Origin: an uncultured Acidimicrobiales bacterium
GTDB lineage: Bacteria > Actinomycetota > Acidimicrobiia > Acidimicrobiales > UBA10347
DNA: 64,000 bases
NCBI GenBank assembly: GCA_943788915.1
Contig: CALSSD010000010.1
Span: forward strand, 558,001-622,000
Direction of reading: 5' to 3'
The position numbers were made by a program, and so were the translations under genes. The stretch's first letter is position 1, and each line of letters begins with the position of its first letter. Shown piece by piece: positions 1 to 10,286 of the stretch. The notes under the pieces are model-generated. The model was not told the origin of the DNA, made no database searches, and worked only from the letters and a program-made list of their open reading frames with translations.

Positions 1-627
1 ACCTTCGTCGACAAGGAAGCTGCCTTTGTCGAGTTCCAATCGATGTTCCGTGACTCCGATCAAATTCGCGAATCTGTCGCCGTCGCCGACATGCCCCCGT
101 CGTTCCGGATCGTTCCGGAGAGCCCCGAATCCGACGTGGTCGAGACACTTGCCGATGGTTTCCGCGACGATCCTGGCGTATTCGAAGTAGTTGCAGCCGT
201 CGACACCATCAAGGACATCGAGACCGGCAGCACCCGAATCAACCGCATCTTCTTGATCGTGGGTATGGCATTGCTTGTTTCGGCCTTGTTGCTTGTCTAC
301 AACACAATTCGTACCACCATTTTTGCGCGCCGTCGAGAAGTCGAGGTCATGCGATTAGTTGGTGCATCGAACTGGTATATCCGTGTGCCGTTCATGATCG
401 AAGGAACGTTGCAAGGTCTGCTTGGCGGAGCGCTAACGCTGCCGATCTTACAACTATGGAACAACGTGCTTTCAGACATCGGATCGGGCGATGGCCTCGC
501 GTTGCTTGCCGATCTGCGGGCTCCCGATCAGACCGTCATCATGATCTGGCTGGCGATGACTGCACTCGGCGCAGTGATCGGCATGGTTGCGTCGGTCGTC
601 GCGTTGTCACGTTTCCTCGACGTCTAA
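1..627 (+). CDS. ftsX: Cell division permease FtsX (5'-truncated by window edge)
   Basis: NTIRTTIFARRREVEVMRLVGASNWYIRVPFMIEG signature, C-terminal TM helices; frame open to position 1. Confidence 0.93.
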   Translation, partial: TFVDKEAAFVEFQSMFRDSDQIRESVAVADMPPSFRIVPESPESDVVETLADGFRDDPGVFEVVAAVDTIKDIETGSTRINRIFLIVGMALLVSALLLVYNTIRTTIFARRREVEVMRLVGASNWYIRVPFMIEGTLQGLLGGALTLPILQLWNNVLSDIGSGDGLALLADLRAPDQTVIMIWLAMTALGAVIGMVASVVALSRFLDV

Positions 628-645
628 ACGCGGGCGGGTGAGCGT

Positions 646-2775
646 ATGACGTCGCACACCAACAACCGAGAGTGTGTATGGCCCAAGCGGTTTGGGCTAC
701 TCGTTGTGCTTGCATCGCTGCTGGTGGCGCTGTTGACATTTGCTACCGCGTCAGACTCTGCGGCACAGGAATGTCCCGATGGCTCAGTGCTCAGCGACAA
801 CGGCGTGACCTGTGAACTCGATGTCAGCTCAACCGACTCGATCTGTCCGACTGGCCAGGCACTTGATGTCGCTGGCCTGTTCTGCATCCAAGCAGAACCG
901 GCAGATGGCGAGGAATCGCCTAGTCCTGCATGTGATTCTGGCTATTCCTTGGGGAGCGACGGCCAAACCTGTATCGCCGATGGCCCATCATGTGATCGAG
1001 GCGAAGTCCCAAACGACAGTGGTGAGTGTGTAGAGACATTTCGTTGTCCGAACGACTTGATCCTGGCCAGCGATCTGCTCAGCTGCCTGAGCGATCGATG
1101 CCCCGATGGCGAATTGTTGTCCGTCGATGGCAAACGTTGTGTCGCCGCCGGGTCGGACTGCCCCGATGGTTCCCCCCGGCCACTCGGTGGTGCTTGCCTG
1201 GTGGTCGAGACCGTCGAGGGCGATGACGGCGAGACCGAAGTAGTGGTGCGATGTGCCGAAGCGGACTCGTTCTGCCAAGCGCGAATCAAGCGATGCGCCG
1301 ACGATCGAGCTTCCGGGTCGGCTGATCTTGGCGCCGAGTGCTCCGACCCTCGCGGCAGTTGTGACGATGACGATGATGCGTGCGCGGAGTCAAATGACCG
1401 GCTGGTCCAGTGCGCCACCCGCGACTCCGACGAAGGCGACGACGCAGACCCGGTCGCCATTGGCCGAGCGAATGATCCGTGCGCGGATCTCTGCCCGATA
1501 TTGCATCGTCTTGATCCATCGGGAGAATGTGTCGAGTTCCTCGACCCCAGTCACCCGTGTGTGATCTCAGGAACCGTGCCTCCTGGCATCACGAAAAACG
1601 CAGTGCTCGATGGGTATTCATTCTTGGCTGGTCTAGGAACCTGTGTCACTCGAACCGAATTCCTTCGCCGGCTCGGCAACTTCGAGGCTGCAGCCGGCGC
1701 CGAGGCCGATGCGCTGACGCTGCTGCGAGAAACGACCAGTTCGTACCTCACGATCGAAGACCAGCTCGCCGAACTTGACCAACTGCTCATTGACGCCGAG
1801 CTCGATGTCCGTTCGTTCACCGAAGCAGCAGCACAGGCCGACTTCGAGCGAGAGGGCAGTGCGAAACTATTGCTGTCTACGCAAAAGCAACTAGCCCGCG
1901 AACGCGCACTTTTGAGCGAGGAAGTCCTGCAGGTATTCGTGGTTGGCGGCAATGATGCGCTGATCGAGGGGGCGATCCTTTCGGCCACCAACGTCACCGA
2001 GATCACGGTGGCTCAGGCCTACGGTCGGGCGCTGCTCGATGACCAAGTGGCCAATATCAGAGCGGTCGAACAGCTCGAGGAACAGGCGCAGGCCTTTTCC
2101 AGTGCGCGGGAGCGGGCCGCCGCTGATGTCGAGGCATCACTATCGTCGGCAGTCTCGGCAGCAGATGGACTCGAGGTGCTGCGAGAAGAAGCACAACTCC
2201 TGCGACAGGAACAGCTTGATCGCCGAGACGAGGAAGCTGAACTTGTCGCTGAGTTGCGTGAGAACAAGGCGTCGTTTGCTCAGGAACTCGGCATCTTCGA
2301 ACAGGCGACGCTCGAGATCGCGAGCATCATCGAACAAACCGAGTTCCGGGTCACAACGTTCGCCGAGTTCGACGGTTTACTCGCGAACCCGATATTGCCA
2401 ACGACACGAATCTCGTCGAACTTCGGGCCACGGCTGCACCCAATCCTGGGATACGTGCGAAGCCACAACGGCGTCGATATCACCGCTGGGTTTGGCGAGG
2501 AGATTTTGGCGTCAGGACCCGGCGTCGTCCAGATTGCGTCTGCTTTCGGCGGCTACGGGAACACGGTGGTGGTCGACCATGGTGGTGATCTGCTCACGTT
2601 GTACGCACACATGGGTGTGATCCTCGTTGAGCCAGGCGAAGAGATCGAACTTGGTGACGTCATCGGGCTTGTCGGTTCCACCGGGCTATCGACGGGACCG
2701 CACCTCCACTTTGAGGTCTGGGAAGATGGCGACCGAGCAGTCGACCCTCGTCCCTACCTCAGCGATGCCGAGTAG
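646..2775 (+). CDS. Exported M23 metallopeptidase: signal/TM, Cys-rich repeats, coiled coil, LytM domain
   Basis: HNGVD (HxxxD), YGNTVVVDH, YAH, STGPHLHFEV (HxH); long E/A/L/Q heptad region; directly downstream of ftsX. Confidence 0.9.
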   Translation: MTSHTNNRECVWPKRFGLLVVLASLLVALLTFATASDSAAQECPDGSVLSDNGVTCELDVSSTDSICPTGQALDVAGLFCIQAEPADGEESPSPACDSGYSLGSDGQTCIADGPSCDRGEVPNDSGECVETFRCPNDLILASDLLSCLSDRCPDGELLSVDGKRCVAAGSDCPDGSPRPLGGACLVVETVEGDDGETEVVVRCAEADSFCQARIKRCADDRASGSADLGAECSDPRGSCDDDDDACAESNDRLVQCATRDSDEGDDADPVAIGRANDPCADLCPILHRLDPSGECVEFLDPSHPCVISGTVPPGITKNAVLDGYSFLAGLGTCVTRTEFLRRLGNFEAAAGAEADALTLLRETTSSYLTIEDQLAELDQLLIDAELDVRSFTEAAAQADFEREGSAKLLLSTQKQLARERALLSEEVLQVFVVGGNDALIEGAILSATNVTEITVAQAYGRALLDDQVANIRAVEQLEEQAQAFSSARERAAADVEASLSSAVSAADGLEVLREEAQLLRQEQLDRRDEEAELVAELRENKASFAQELGIFEQATLEIASIIEQTEFRVTTFAEFDGLLANPILPTTRISSNFGPRLHPILGYVRSHNGVDITAGFGEEILASGPGVVQIASAFGGYGNTVVVDHGGDLLTLYAHMGVILVEPGEEIELGDVIGLVGSTGLSTGPHLHFEVWEDGDRAVDPRPYLSDAE

Positions 2776-2977
2776 TCCGGCTTTCGAGTCGTTCCTCGCC
2801 GAAACGCTGCACGAGAGCCACCGGTCTACGGTCCCGGCAACTCCCCATTTTGATAGAGCGAACCGGAACGCCCTGGCCGATCAGCCAAATACTGTGTGCT
2901 ACCGCAGTTTGCGCAGCGAAGCCGGTTAACAGAATCTGATAGAGTCACGGGCGTTCTGAGGCTATGGAGGGCTAGAG

Positions 2978-4066
2978 ATGCCGCATGAAGTACAAGGTGT
3001 AGTTGCACGGGCGCAAGGTGCACCCGTCACGCTGGAAACGATCATCGTTCCCGACCCGGGTCCAGGTGAGGCGCTGGTCAAGGTGCAAGCGTGTGGGGTC
3101 TGCCACACCGACTTGCATTACCGCGAGGGCGGGATCAACGACGAGTTTCCTTTCCTGCTCGGGCACGAAGCCGCAGGTATTGTCGAAGCGGTCGGCGACG
3201 ACGTTACCGACGTCGCTCCCGGCGACTACGTCATCTTGAACTGGCGAGCCGTCTGTGGCGACTGCCGGGCATGTAATCGGGGCGAACCGCAGTACTGCTT
3301 CAATACCCACAATGCCACCCAGAAGATGACACTGGCCGATGGCACCGAACTGAGCCCGGCACTCGGCATCGGGGCATTCGCTGAAAAGACGCTTGTCGCT
3401 GCCGGGCAGTGCACCAAAGTCGACCCTGCAGCTAGTCCAGCGGCTGCTGGACTCCTGGGCTGTGGCGTCATGGCCGGTATCGGTGCAGCCATCAATACTG
3501 GTGGCGTAGGCCGAGGCGATTCTGTCGCCGTCATTGGCTGTGGCGGCGTCGGTAACGCCGCGGTGTGTGGCAGCGAGCTCGCTGGTGCATCGAAGATCAT
3601 CGCAGTCGACATTGACGATACGAAACTCGGTTGGGCCAAGGACTTTGGCGCCACCCACACGATTAACGGTGCCACCGAAGACGTAGTGGAGCGCATCCGT
3701 GAGTTGACCGATGGCAATGGTGCCGACGTCGTTATCGATGCTGTTGGTCTCCCTGCGACCTACGAGCAGGCCTTTAACGCTCGTGACCTGGCTGGCACTG
3801 TGGTACTCGTTGGTGTCCCTCACCCGGATGCAAAGATCGAATTGCCGCTTATTGACATATTCGGTCGTGGCGGTTCGCTTAAGTCGTCGTGGTACGGCGA
3901 CTGTTTGCCAAGTCGTGACTTCCCGATGCTGATCGATCTGTATTTGCAAGGTCGTTTGAACCTCGACGGTTTCGTATCGGAAATAATCGGACTCGCCGAC
4001 GTCGAGGAAGCGTTCCACAAGATGGAACGAGGCGAAGTCCTTCGCTCCGTCGTCGAAATTCCTTAA
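2978..4066 (+). CDS. mscR: S-(hydroxymethyl)mycothiol dehydrogenase / Zn-dependent formaldehyde dehydrogenase
   Basis: [26 protein letters not shown], structural-Zn Cys cluster, [29 protein letters not shown] upstream. Confidence 0.88.
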   Translation: MPHEVQGVVARAQGAPVTLETIIVPDPGPGEALVKVQACGVCHTDLHYREGGINDEFPFLLGHEAAGIVEAVGDDVTDVAPGDYVILNWRAVCGDCRACNRGEPQYCFNTHNATQKMTLADGTELSPALGIGAFAEKTLVAAGQCTKVDPAASPAAAGLLGCGVMAGIGAAINTGGVGRGDSVAVIGCGGVGNAAVCGSELAGASKIIAVDIDDTKLGWAKDFGATHTINGATEDVVERIRELTDGNGADVVIDAVGLPATYEQAFNARDLAGTVVLVGVPHPDAKIELPLIDIFGRGGSLKSSWYGDCLPSRDFPMLIDLYLQGRLNLDGFVSEIIGLADVEEAFHKMERGEVLRSVVEIP

Positions 4067-4145
4067 CCCCACAACCTCAGAGATTTGTGACCCTCATGTC
4101 CCGGAATGACGCAGCACCACTGTTCATCCGTGGGGTTCACACATC

Positions 4146-5156
4146 ATGAGTTGGCGCGCGGTTGATCTGGCAGCCGATAGGTCGTGGCATCTCGAATGGG
4201 ATCGCCGCGAACTGTCGGCGCTCGATGCCTGGGCATCGGTGACGCGCGGCGAAGACCCCGACGAGCTCGTCGCAGCACTCGCTGGTGCCCCAGAGATCCT
4301 TGTTGAGCGAGCCGAGGCCGTACGAAGCGAGCTGATCAACGGTTATGGGCTGGTGCTCTTGTCCGGCCTCGACGTTGGCAAGTACGACCGCACGTCCATC
4401 GCAGTCATGTTCATGCTGTTTGGGTCCTTGATCGGGTCTTTGCGCTCCCAGAACGCTGCAGGCCATCTGCTCGGCCACGTGACCGATGTTGGTGCCGATG
4501 TCGATGATCCAGCAACTCGGATCTACCAAACGAATCAGCGCCAGACCTTTCACACCGACTCCACCGATGCTGTTGGCCTGTTGTGCTTGCGAACCGCCAA
4601 AGAAGGCGGGGTGTCCATGGTCGTTAGTGTCGACGCGGTCTATGAGCGTCTGGCGGCAGAAGCTCCCAAGCTTGCTGCCCGGCTGTTCGAACCCATTGCG
4701 ACCGACCGGCGAAACGAACAACCTGATGGCGAACTGCCATGGTTCGAGATTCCGGTGCTCTCACCGAGCGGTGACCGGGTGACGGGCATCTACCAACGCC
4801 AGTACATCGACTCGGCGCAACGTTTCGAGGACGCGCCCCGTCCCGACGAAGAAACCTTGCTGGCACTCGACGCATTCGACGCGATCATGAACGATCCGAC
4901 CATGCGCTTCCAGATGGACCTTGCGCCGGGCGACATGCAGTTCGTGCACAACCATTCGCTGTTACACGATCGCACAGGTTTCATCGATCACGACGATCCT
5001 GAGTTGCGCCGCTATCTGTTGCGCGTCTGGTTGTCGCTTCCAGGTGACCGCGAGTTACCCGCGGTGTTCGAACAACGATATGGCACAACAACTGTTGGCG
5101 ACCGCGGCGGCATCGTGGTTCCAGGCACAACGCCCACGATCCAACTGCCTGGTTAG
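4146..5156 (+). CDS. TauD/TfdA (CAS-like) Fe(II)/2-oxoglutarate dioxygenase
   Basis: FHTD...GDMQFVHNHSLLHDR facial triad, RYLLRVWL. Confidence 0.85.
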   Translation: MSWRAVDLAADRSWHLEWDRRELSALDAWASVTRGEDPDELVAALAGAPEILVERAEAVRSELINGYGLVLLSGLDVGKYDRTSIAVMFMLFGSLIGSLRSQNAAGHLLGHVTDVGADVDDPATRIYQTNQRQTFHTDSTDAVGLLCLRTAKEGGVSMVVSVDAVYERLAAEAPKLAARLFEPIATDRRNEQPDGELPWFEIPVLSPSGDRVTGIYQRQYIDSAQRFEDAPRPDEETLLALDAFDAIMNDPTMRFQMDLAPGDMQFVHNHSLLHDRTGFIDHDDPELRRYLLRVWLSLPGDRELPAVFEQRYGTTTVGDRGGIVVPGTTPTIQLPG

Positions 5157-5195
5157 GCAACTCAAGAAGTTACGTCCCCAGGGGAACATAACTTT

Positions 5196-6002
5196 TCAGT
5201 TGTCGAAGCCCTGGAACGCCATGTCAGGCCGTTGGAGCCAGTTGCGGTCGTCCCAGTCGGCAGCACCGTCGACTACGTGCAGCGTGTAGGCCTGCCGAGG
5301 CTGGTCGGACTTATTGACATCGCTCCAGTGGGGGAGCGCTCCATGGAGCAGCACGAGCGTGCCCCGCTCGACCTCGATGGGCACGGCCTGCTCGAGCGGA
5401 TATAGCGCGTCGTCGAAAACTTCGGTAGTTGTCGAGTCGCCGCTGCGCACGAAACGGGACTTCACGGGGATCGTATGACCGCCGGGGATAGCCCACAGGC
5501 AGCCGTTGGTCACGGTTGCGTCGTCGATGGCGACCCAGAAACCTACGACCGATTGTGGTTCGGTCCACAGGAAGGTGTGGTCCGTATGCCAAGTGACCTC
5601 GCCGCCGACACCGGGGTGTTTGAAGATGTACATCGACTGCACCAGACGAGGGTCATCGAAACCGATTCCGGCAGCGACTTCGGCGAAACCAAGCTCGCGG
5701 GAGAAACGGCTGAACTCCGGGTCTAGGTCGTGCATGGCATGCCCGATCTTGTTCAGATGGGTGCCGTCGTCTTCGAAGAAGCCGCGTGTCTTGTCGCCAG
5801 AGGTCAGGAACCATGAGTCATCACCGTGGGCCTGGTCGCCGGTCGAAAACACCGTAACGTGATCACGGTCGGTCCGCAGTTCGTTTTCGAGTGAGGCCGC
5901 GTGGTCGCGCAACCTCAGGCAGTCGGCATCACTAATGAAGTGGGGCACGACGAGGAAGCCGTTGCGTTCGAACTCGGAGACCTGGTCAGGGGTGAGCTGC
6001 AT
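5196..6002 (-). CDS. PhyH-family Fe/2OG dioxygenase, PHYHD1-like
   Basis: FLTSGDK, NKIGHAMH, QSMYIFKHPGVGGEVTWHTD, WVAIDDAT..NGCLW, PHWS..NKS..R. Confidence 0.88.
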   Translation of the reverse strand: MQLTPDQVSEFERNGFLVVPHFISDADCLRLRDHAASLENELRTDRDHVTVFSTGDQAHGDDSWFLTSGDKTRGFFEDDGTHLNKIGHAMHDLDPEFSRFSRELGFAEVAAGIGFDDPRLVQSMYIFKHPGVGGEVTWHTDHTFLWTEPQSVVGFWVAIDDATVTNGCLWAIPGGHTIPVKSRFVRSGDSTTTEVFDDALYPLEQAVPIEVERGTLVLLHGALPHWSDVNKSDQPRQAYTLHVVDGAADWDDRNWLQRPDMAFQGFDN

Positions 6003-6061
6003 GATGTGAGGCTATCGCCGGTGACGCCGGCGGCTAGAGCGCGCTCCAGAAGGAGCGCCCA

Positions 6062-7389
6062 CTAACTTTCGCCTCGACGGTAAGGAATACCCTCGGCGGC
6101 TGGCATGCGGAGGCGTTGGGCGAAGAAGACCAACACAAGCAATACGACGACATAAGGCAAGATGTTGCTCCACCAATTGGGCACGGAGTCAGCCACCGCC
6201 CACCAGGTCAGAGCTCCAATCGCGAGAGATCCGGCCAGCAGGCCATCGGCTATTTGGCGCTTAGCTAACGTCCAAATCGCCAGGCCGGACAACGCAATAC
6301 CGTTCAGCAGCAGCAGCGCATGGCTGGCTGAACCGTCGAGATCTTTGAGATCGAGGCCGAAAACATACCCGTACAACAGCGCCCCCAGCAGAATGCCCAG
6401 AGGCCGCCAGTTGCCAAAGATCAGGGCAGCAAGGCCGATAAAGCCACGGCCACCGCTATTACCTTCGAGGAACTGGCCCGACAATTCGGGGCTTGAGATT
6501 ACGACGCCGCCCAAACCGGCTAGAGCGCCTGAGATGATCACAGCGACGTATCGGTACAGATAGATATTGACGCCCTGGGCCTCGCCAGCTTGTGGGTTTT
6601 CACCCGAAATTCGAAGCCGTAGACCGAAGCGGGTGCGCCACAACAACCAAGCGCTGAACGGTACGAGGAACAATGCAAGCATGGCCAGCAGCGATGTGCC
6701 CCGCAGAAGTCCGCGGAGAATATCGGCGACGTCGGAGACGAACCACCATTCCCATTTGCCGATCGTGAGCAGGATGTCGGGTGACTCCCAGCCGAAGACC
6801 GATCCACCGGCAAGGAAAGGAACGTCCCAGTCACCGATGCCATCGATCCGAGGGGACTGGGTTGGTGAACCCCAGACTTCTTGCGAGAGATATCTCGTAC
6901 TCGCGGGCGCAAGGATATTGATCGCCACACCGGAGATGATTTGATCGACGCCGAATGTGACCGTGGCAACGGGCGTGGAGCAGGCCCGCCCAAGGCGCCA
7001 CCACAGATGCCGACCACGAGACCGATCCACGGACCGAACTGGAGCGCACCCCACGCACCGAACCACATGCCAAGGATCATCATGCCTTCGAGGCCGATGT
7101 TCACGATGCCCGAACGTTCGGCGAAAAGGCCACCGAGTCCAGCCAAAAGTACCGGCACCGCCCATCGCAACATTTCGCGTGAGACTGGTGTGGAGGTCAA
7201 CCTGTCGGTATCACCGATGCTCTGCACGATGGTGAGAAGCAGCATGCCTGCCAGCGCATAGAGCATCCATTTCAGCCAGGTGGGAAGACCGGAAAAGGAC
7301 GAGGCCCTGCTCGCAGCGGACTCGCCGTCGCGTCTGAATCTGTCGGTGAAGTTCTTGTACTGCGCCGTTGGACTGTTTGAGCCGGTCAT
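6062..7389 (-). CDS. Nucleoside/sugar ABC transporter permease 2 (frameshifted near 6970-6990)
   Basis: [20 protein letters not shown] in ORF 6538-7389 joins [12 protein letters not shown]...[17 protein letters not shown] in ORF 6062-7165. Confidence 0.85.
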
Positions 7390-8503
7390 GCCGCCACCCC
7401 TTCGGCGAGAGCCTCGGCCGTGGCTCGAGCCTCTTCTCGTTCTCGGACTCGACGTACAATCTCGTAGGCCACCACCGCCGCAAGCAACACGATGCCCTGC
7501 ATGATGGTGACGATCTCACGAGATGCGGTCTGAGTTGACTGCAAAATGCCCGAGGAGATGTCGAGGAAGGCGAATAACAACGCTGCTCCCGCCATCCCTA
7601 AAGGATGGTTGCGCCCAAGCAGCGCAACACCGATACCGGCGAAACCGAGACCTTGAATCTGGTTTGGTCGAAACTTCTCGATCTCGAACACCTCAACCAA
7701 CCCGACCAGGCCGGCAATACCACCGGACAACATCATGGCGATCACAATCATTCGTTTGGGCTGCACGCCGCCAGCACGGGCGGCGAATGGATTGATGCCA
7801 CTCGAACGAAGATCGAACCCGAAGGTCGTGCGATTGAGGAGCACGTGGTACAGCACTCCGACCAGGATCGCAATCACCAACATGCCGCTGACGGGGTTGT
7901 TTTCCCTAATGTCACCGGTGAAGAATTCGACGAAACCGGTGATGTCAGGCAGCACGCCCGACTCAGGAATGGGTTTCGTGCCGAGATTGGTTGCCGAGAG
8001 GGCTTTCACCGTCGCGTAGGTCAGCTTGCCACGCCTGCACCCACCATGCCATGAAGCCGCTGACAGCGATGTAGTTCAACATGATGGTCGAGATTACGAC
8101 GTTGACGCCTCGTGTCACGTTGAGCATGCCGGCCAGGCCAGCCCACAACGCTCCGACAGCCATCGCTACGAAGAAGATCACCACAATGTGCAGCGCCTGG
8201 GGCAGGTCGATAAGACCACCGACCTGGGCCGCTACCAGTGCCGCAATCAGGTACTGGCCCTCGACGCCGATGTTGAAGAGATTCATCCGGAATCCGAGTG
8301 CAGCCGCTACCGCCGAGAGATAGAGCGGCGTGGCACGGTTCCAAATATCGACCTGGGGTTTCGAGTTTGGAGGCATGGCCGAGCATGTCGCTATAGGCGC
8401 TAAACGGATTCGAGCCAAAGGCCCACAACGCGATCGACGAGATAATAAGTGTGAGCAACAGTGCGCCGATAGGCGCCGCTAGTGCCATGACTATTCTGCG
8501 CAT
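7386..8503 (-). CDS. Nucleoside/sugar ABC transporter permease 1 (frameshifts near 8355 and 8000)
   Basis: Three pieces: [11 protein letters not shown]..., [10 protein letters not shown]...[18 protein letters not shown]...[12 protein letters not shown]; 4-nt overlap with next gene. Confidence 0.85.
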
Positions 8504-10043
8504 CAGCCGACTTCCTGATCAGTCGGAGCTTGGGTGGCTGCACCAGTCATATAGGCGCCGAGATCACGGGGGGTGACCTCGTCGGGTTCGAGCCGAGCGA
8601 CGAACACACCTCGCAACATCACGATGAGTACATCGCTCAGTCCAATGAGTTCGTCGAGGTCAGCAGATACCAGCAGCGTGGCCAGGCCAGCCTTGCGCGC
8701 AGCCCGCAACTGATCCCAAACCGCAGCCTGTGCGCCAACATCGATCCCTCGGGTCGGGTGTGCGGCTACGAGCAACGATGGGTTGGACGTCAGTTCGCGC
8801 CCGATTACAAGCTTCTGCTGGTTGCCACCGAAAGTGCGTGAGCCGGCACGTCGATATTGGGAGTACGTACGTCGAATCTTTCGCGAATAATCTCAGTTTG
8901 GGCTCGAGCCCCGGCCCGGTTGATGAACCATTTGTTGCCATAGGGGGCCTGGGTCTGGTGCCCGAGGGCAGCGTTCTCCCACAGCGGCGAACCGAGCAGT
9001 AAACCTTCGTGGTGGCGGTCCTCAGGCACATAGGGCAACGCCAGACTCGCGTCGATGACGGACGCTGCTGTGGGTGATGTCCTCACCAAGCAAGGTGATG
9101 GAGCCATGTGAGGCCTGTGCCGTGCCGATAATGGCATCCACCAATTCGCCCTGGCCATTTCCCTCGACACCGGCGATGCCAACAATTTCACCTGTCGAAT
9201 CATCAGATTGATGTTCTCGATCACGGGACGGTGATCGTCCGTCGATAACAGTGAGATCGGTAACTTGGAGCGCAACCACATCGGTAACGGTCGACTCGGA
9301 GGTTGCTGGGGTCGGCAGTTCGCTGCCGACCATCAGTTCAGCCAGATCAGTCGCAGTGACCCCATCGTTTGCCATTGTTGCGACGGTCCGACCCTGGCGC
9401 AACACAGTGATGCTGTCAGCAATCTCAAGCACCTCGTCGAGCTTGTGATCGATGAACAAGATCGTTGCACCCGAAGCCTTCAAATCACGCATATTGTCGA
9501 ACAACGCTTCGACCTCTTGTGGCACCAACACTGCGGTTGGTTCATCGAGGATCAAGATGTCGGCGCCCCGGTAGAGCACCTTGATGATTTCGACCCGTTG
9601 GCGCTGACCGACTTCGAGTGTCCTCGACCAATTCATCGAGACCAACGTCGAGGCCGTATTCGGTTGCGACCCTTGCCCAGACGCTCATGGGCAGAAGCAA
9701 AGTTGATGCGGCCACCGGAAGACATTGGTTCAGCGCCGAGAATGACGTTCTCGAGCACGGTGAGGTTGTCAGCGAGCATGAAGTGTTGGTGCACCATGCC
9801 GATGCCACGATCGATTGCCTCGGTGGGGGAGTCGAACTCGACCAGTTCGCCGTTCACCTTCATGGTGCCCTCGTCAGCTGGCTGCATGCCGTAGAGGATC
9901 TTCATGAGCGTGGACTTACCGGCGCCGTTCTCGCCGCAGATGGCGTGAATCTCGCCCTTCTCGACCGTCAGATTTACACCGTCATTCGCGATGACGCCGG
10001 GGAATCGTTTTGTGATTCCTTTTAGCTCGATAGCGGCTGCCAC
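8503..10043 (-). CDS. ABC ATP-binding protein with tandem NBDs, CUT2/nucleoside type (about six frameshifts)
   Basis: [52 protein letters not shown] spread over successive frames. Confidence 0.88.
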
Positions 10044-10044
10044 A

Positions 10045-10080
10045 AATACCCTTCGAATACCCTTCGAATACCCTTCGAAT
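10045..10080. repeat. Tandem repeat (AATACCCTTCG)x3
   Basis: Three exact 11-nt copies ending 1 nt from the ATPase GTG start. Confidence 0.9.
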
Positions 10081-10196
10081 TACCGTCAGATGGGCACGTG
10101 GCCCGACCCCAAACCAGTCGATCCGTGTGCCAAACGGATATCTCCGACCATACAGCGTTTGCTGGTTACGAGGTAGCTGTCAATGCCCTAATAAGT

Positions 10197-10228
10197 GAAG
10201 AGCGCCGGGTGGGTACCCGGCGCTCTTC
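10197..10228 (-). terminator. 14-bp perfect hairpin between BMP lipoprotein and ATPase genes (terminator or mRNA stabiliser)
   Basis: GAAGAGCGCCGGGT-gggt-ACCCGGCGCTCTTC. Confidence 0.7.
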
Positions 10229-10286
10229 GTTGCGTATTTCGGTTTCCGCGGTTAGAGACCGAGGTTCGTGTCGCCGAGGCGATCGA

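Noticed and set aside
2972..4072. 366-aa antisense ORF
   Set aside because: Mirror of mscR; a high-GC codon-bias shadow
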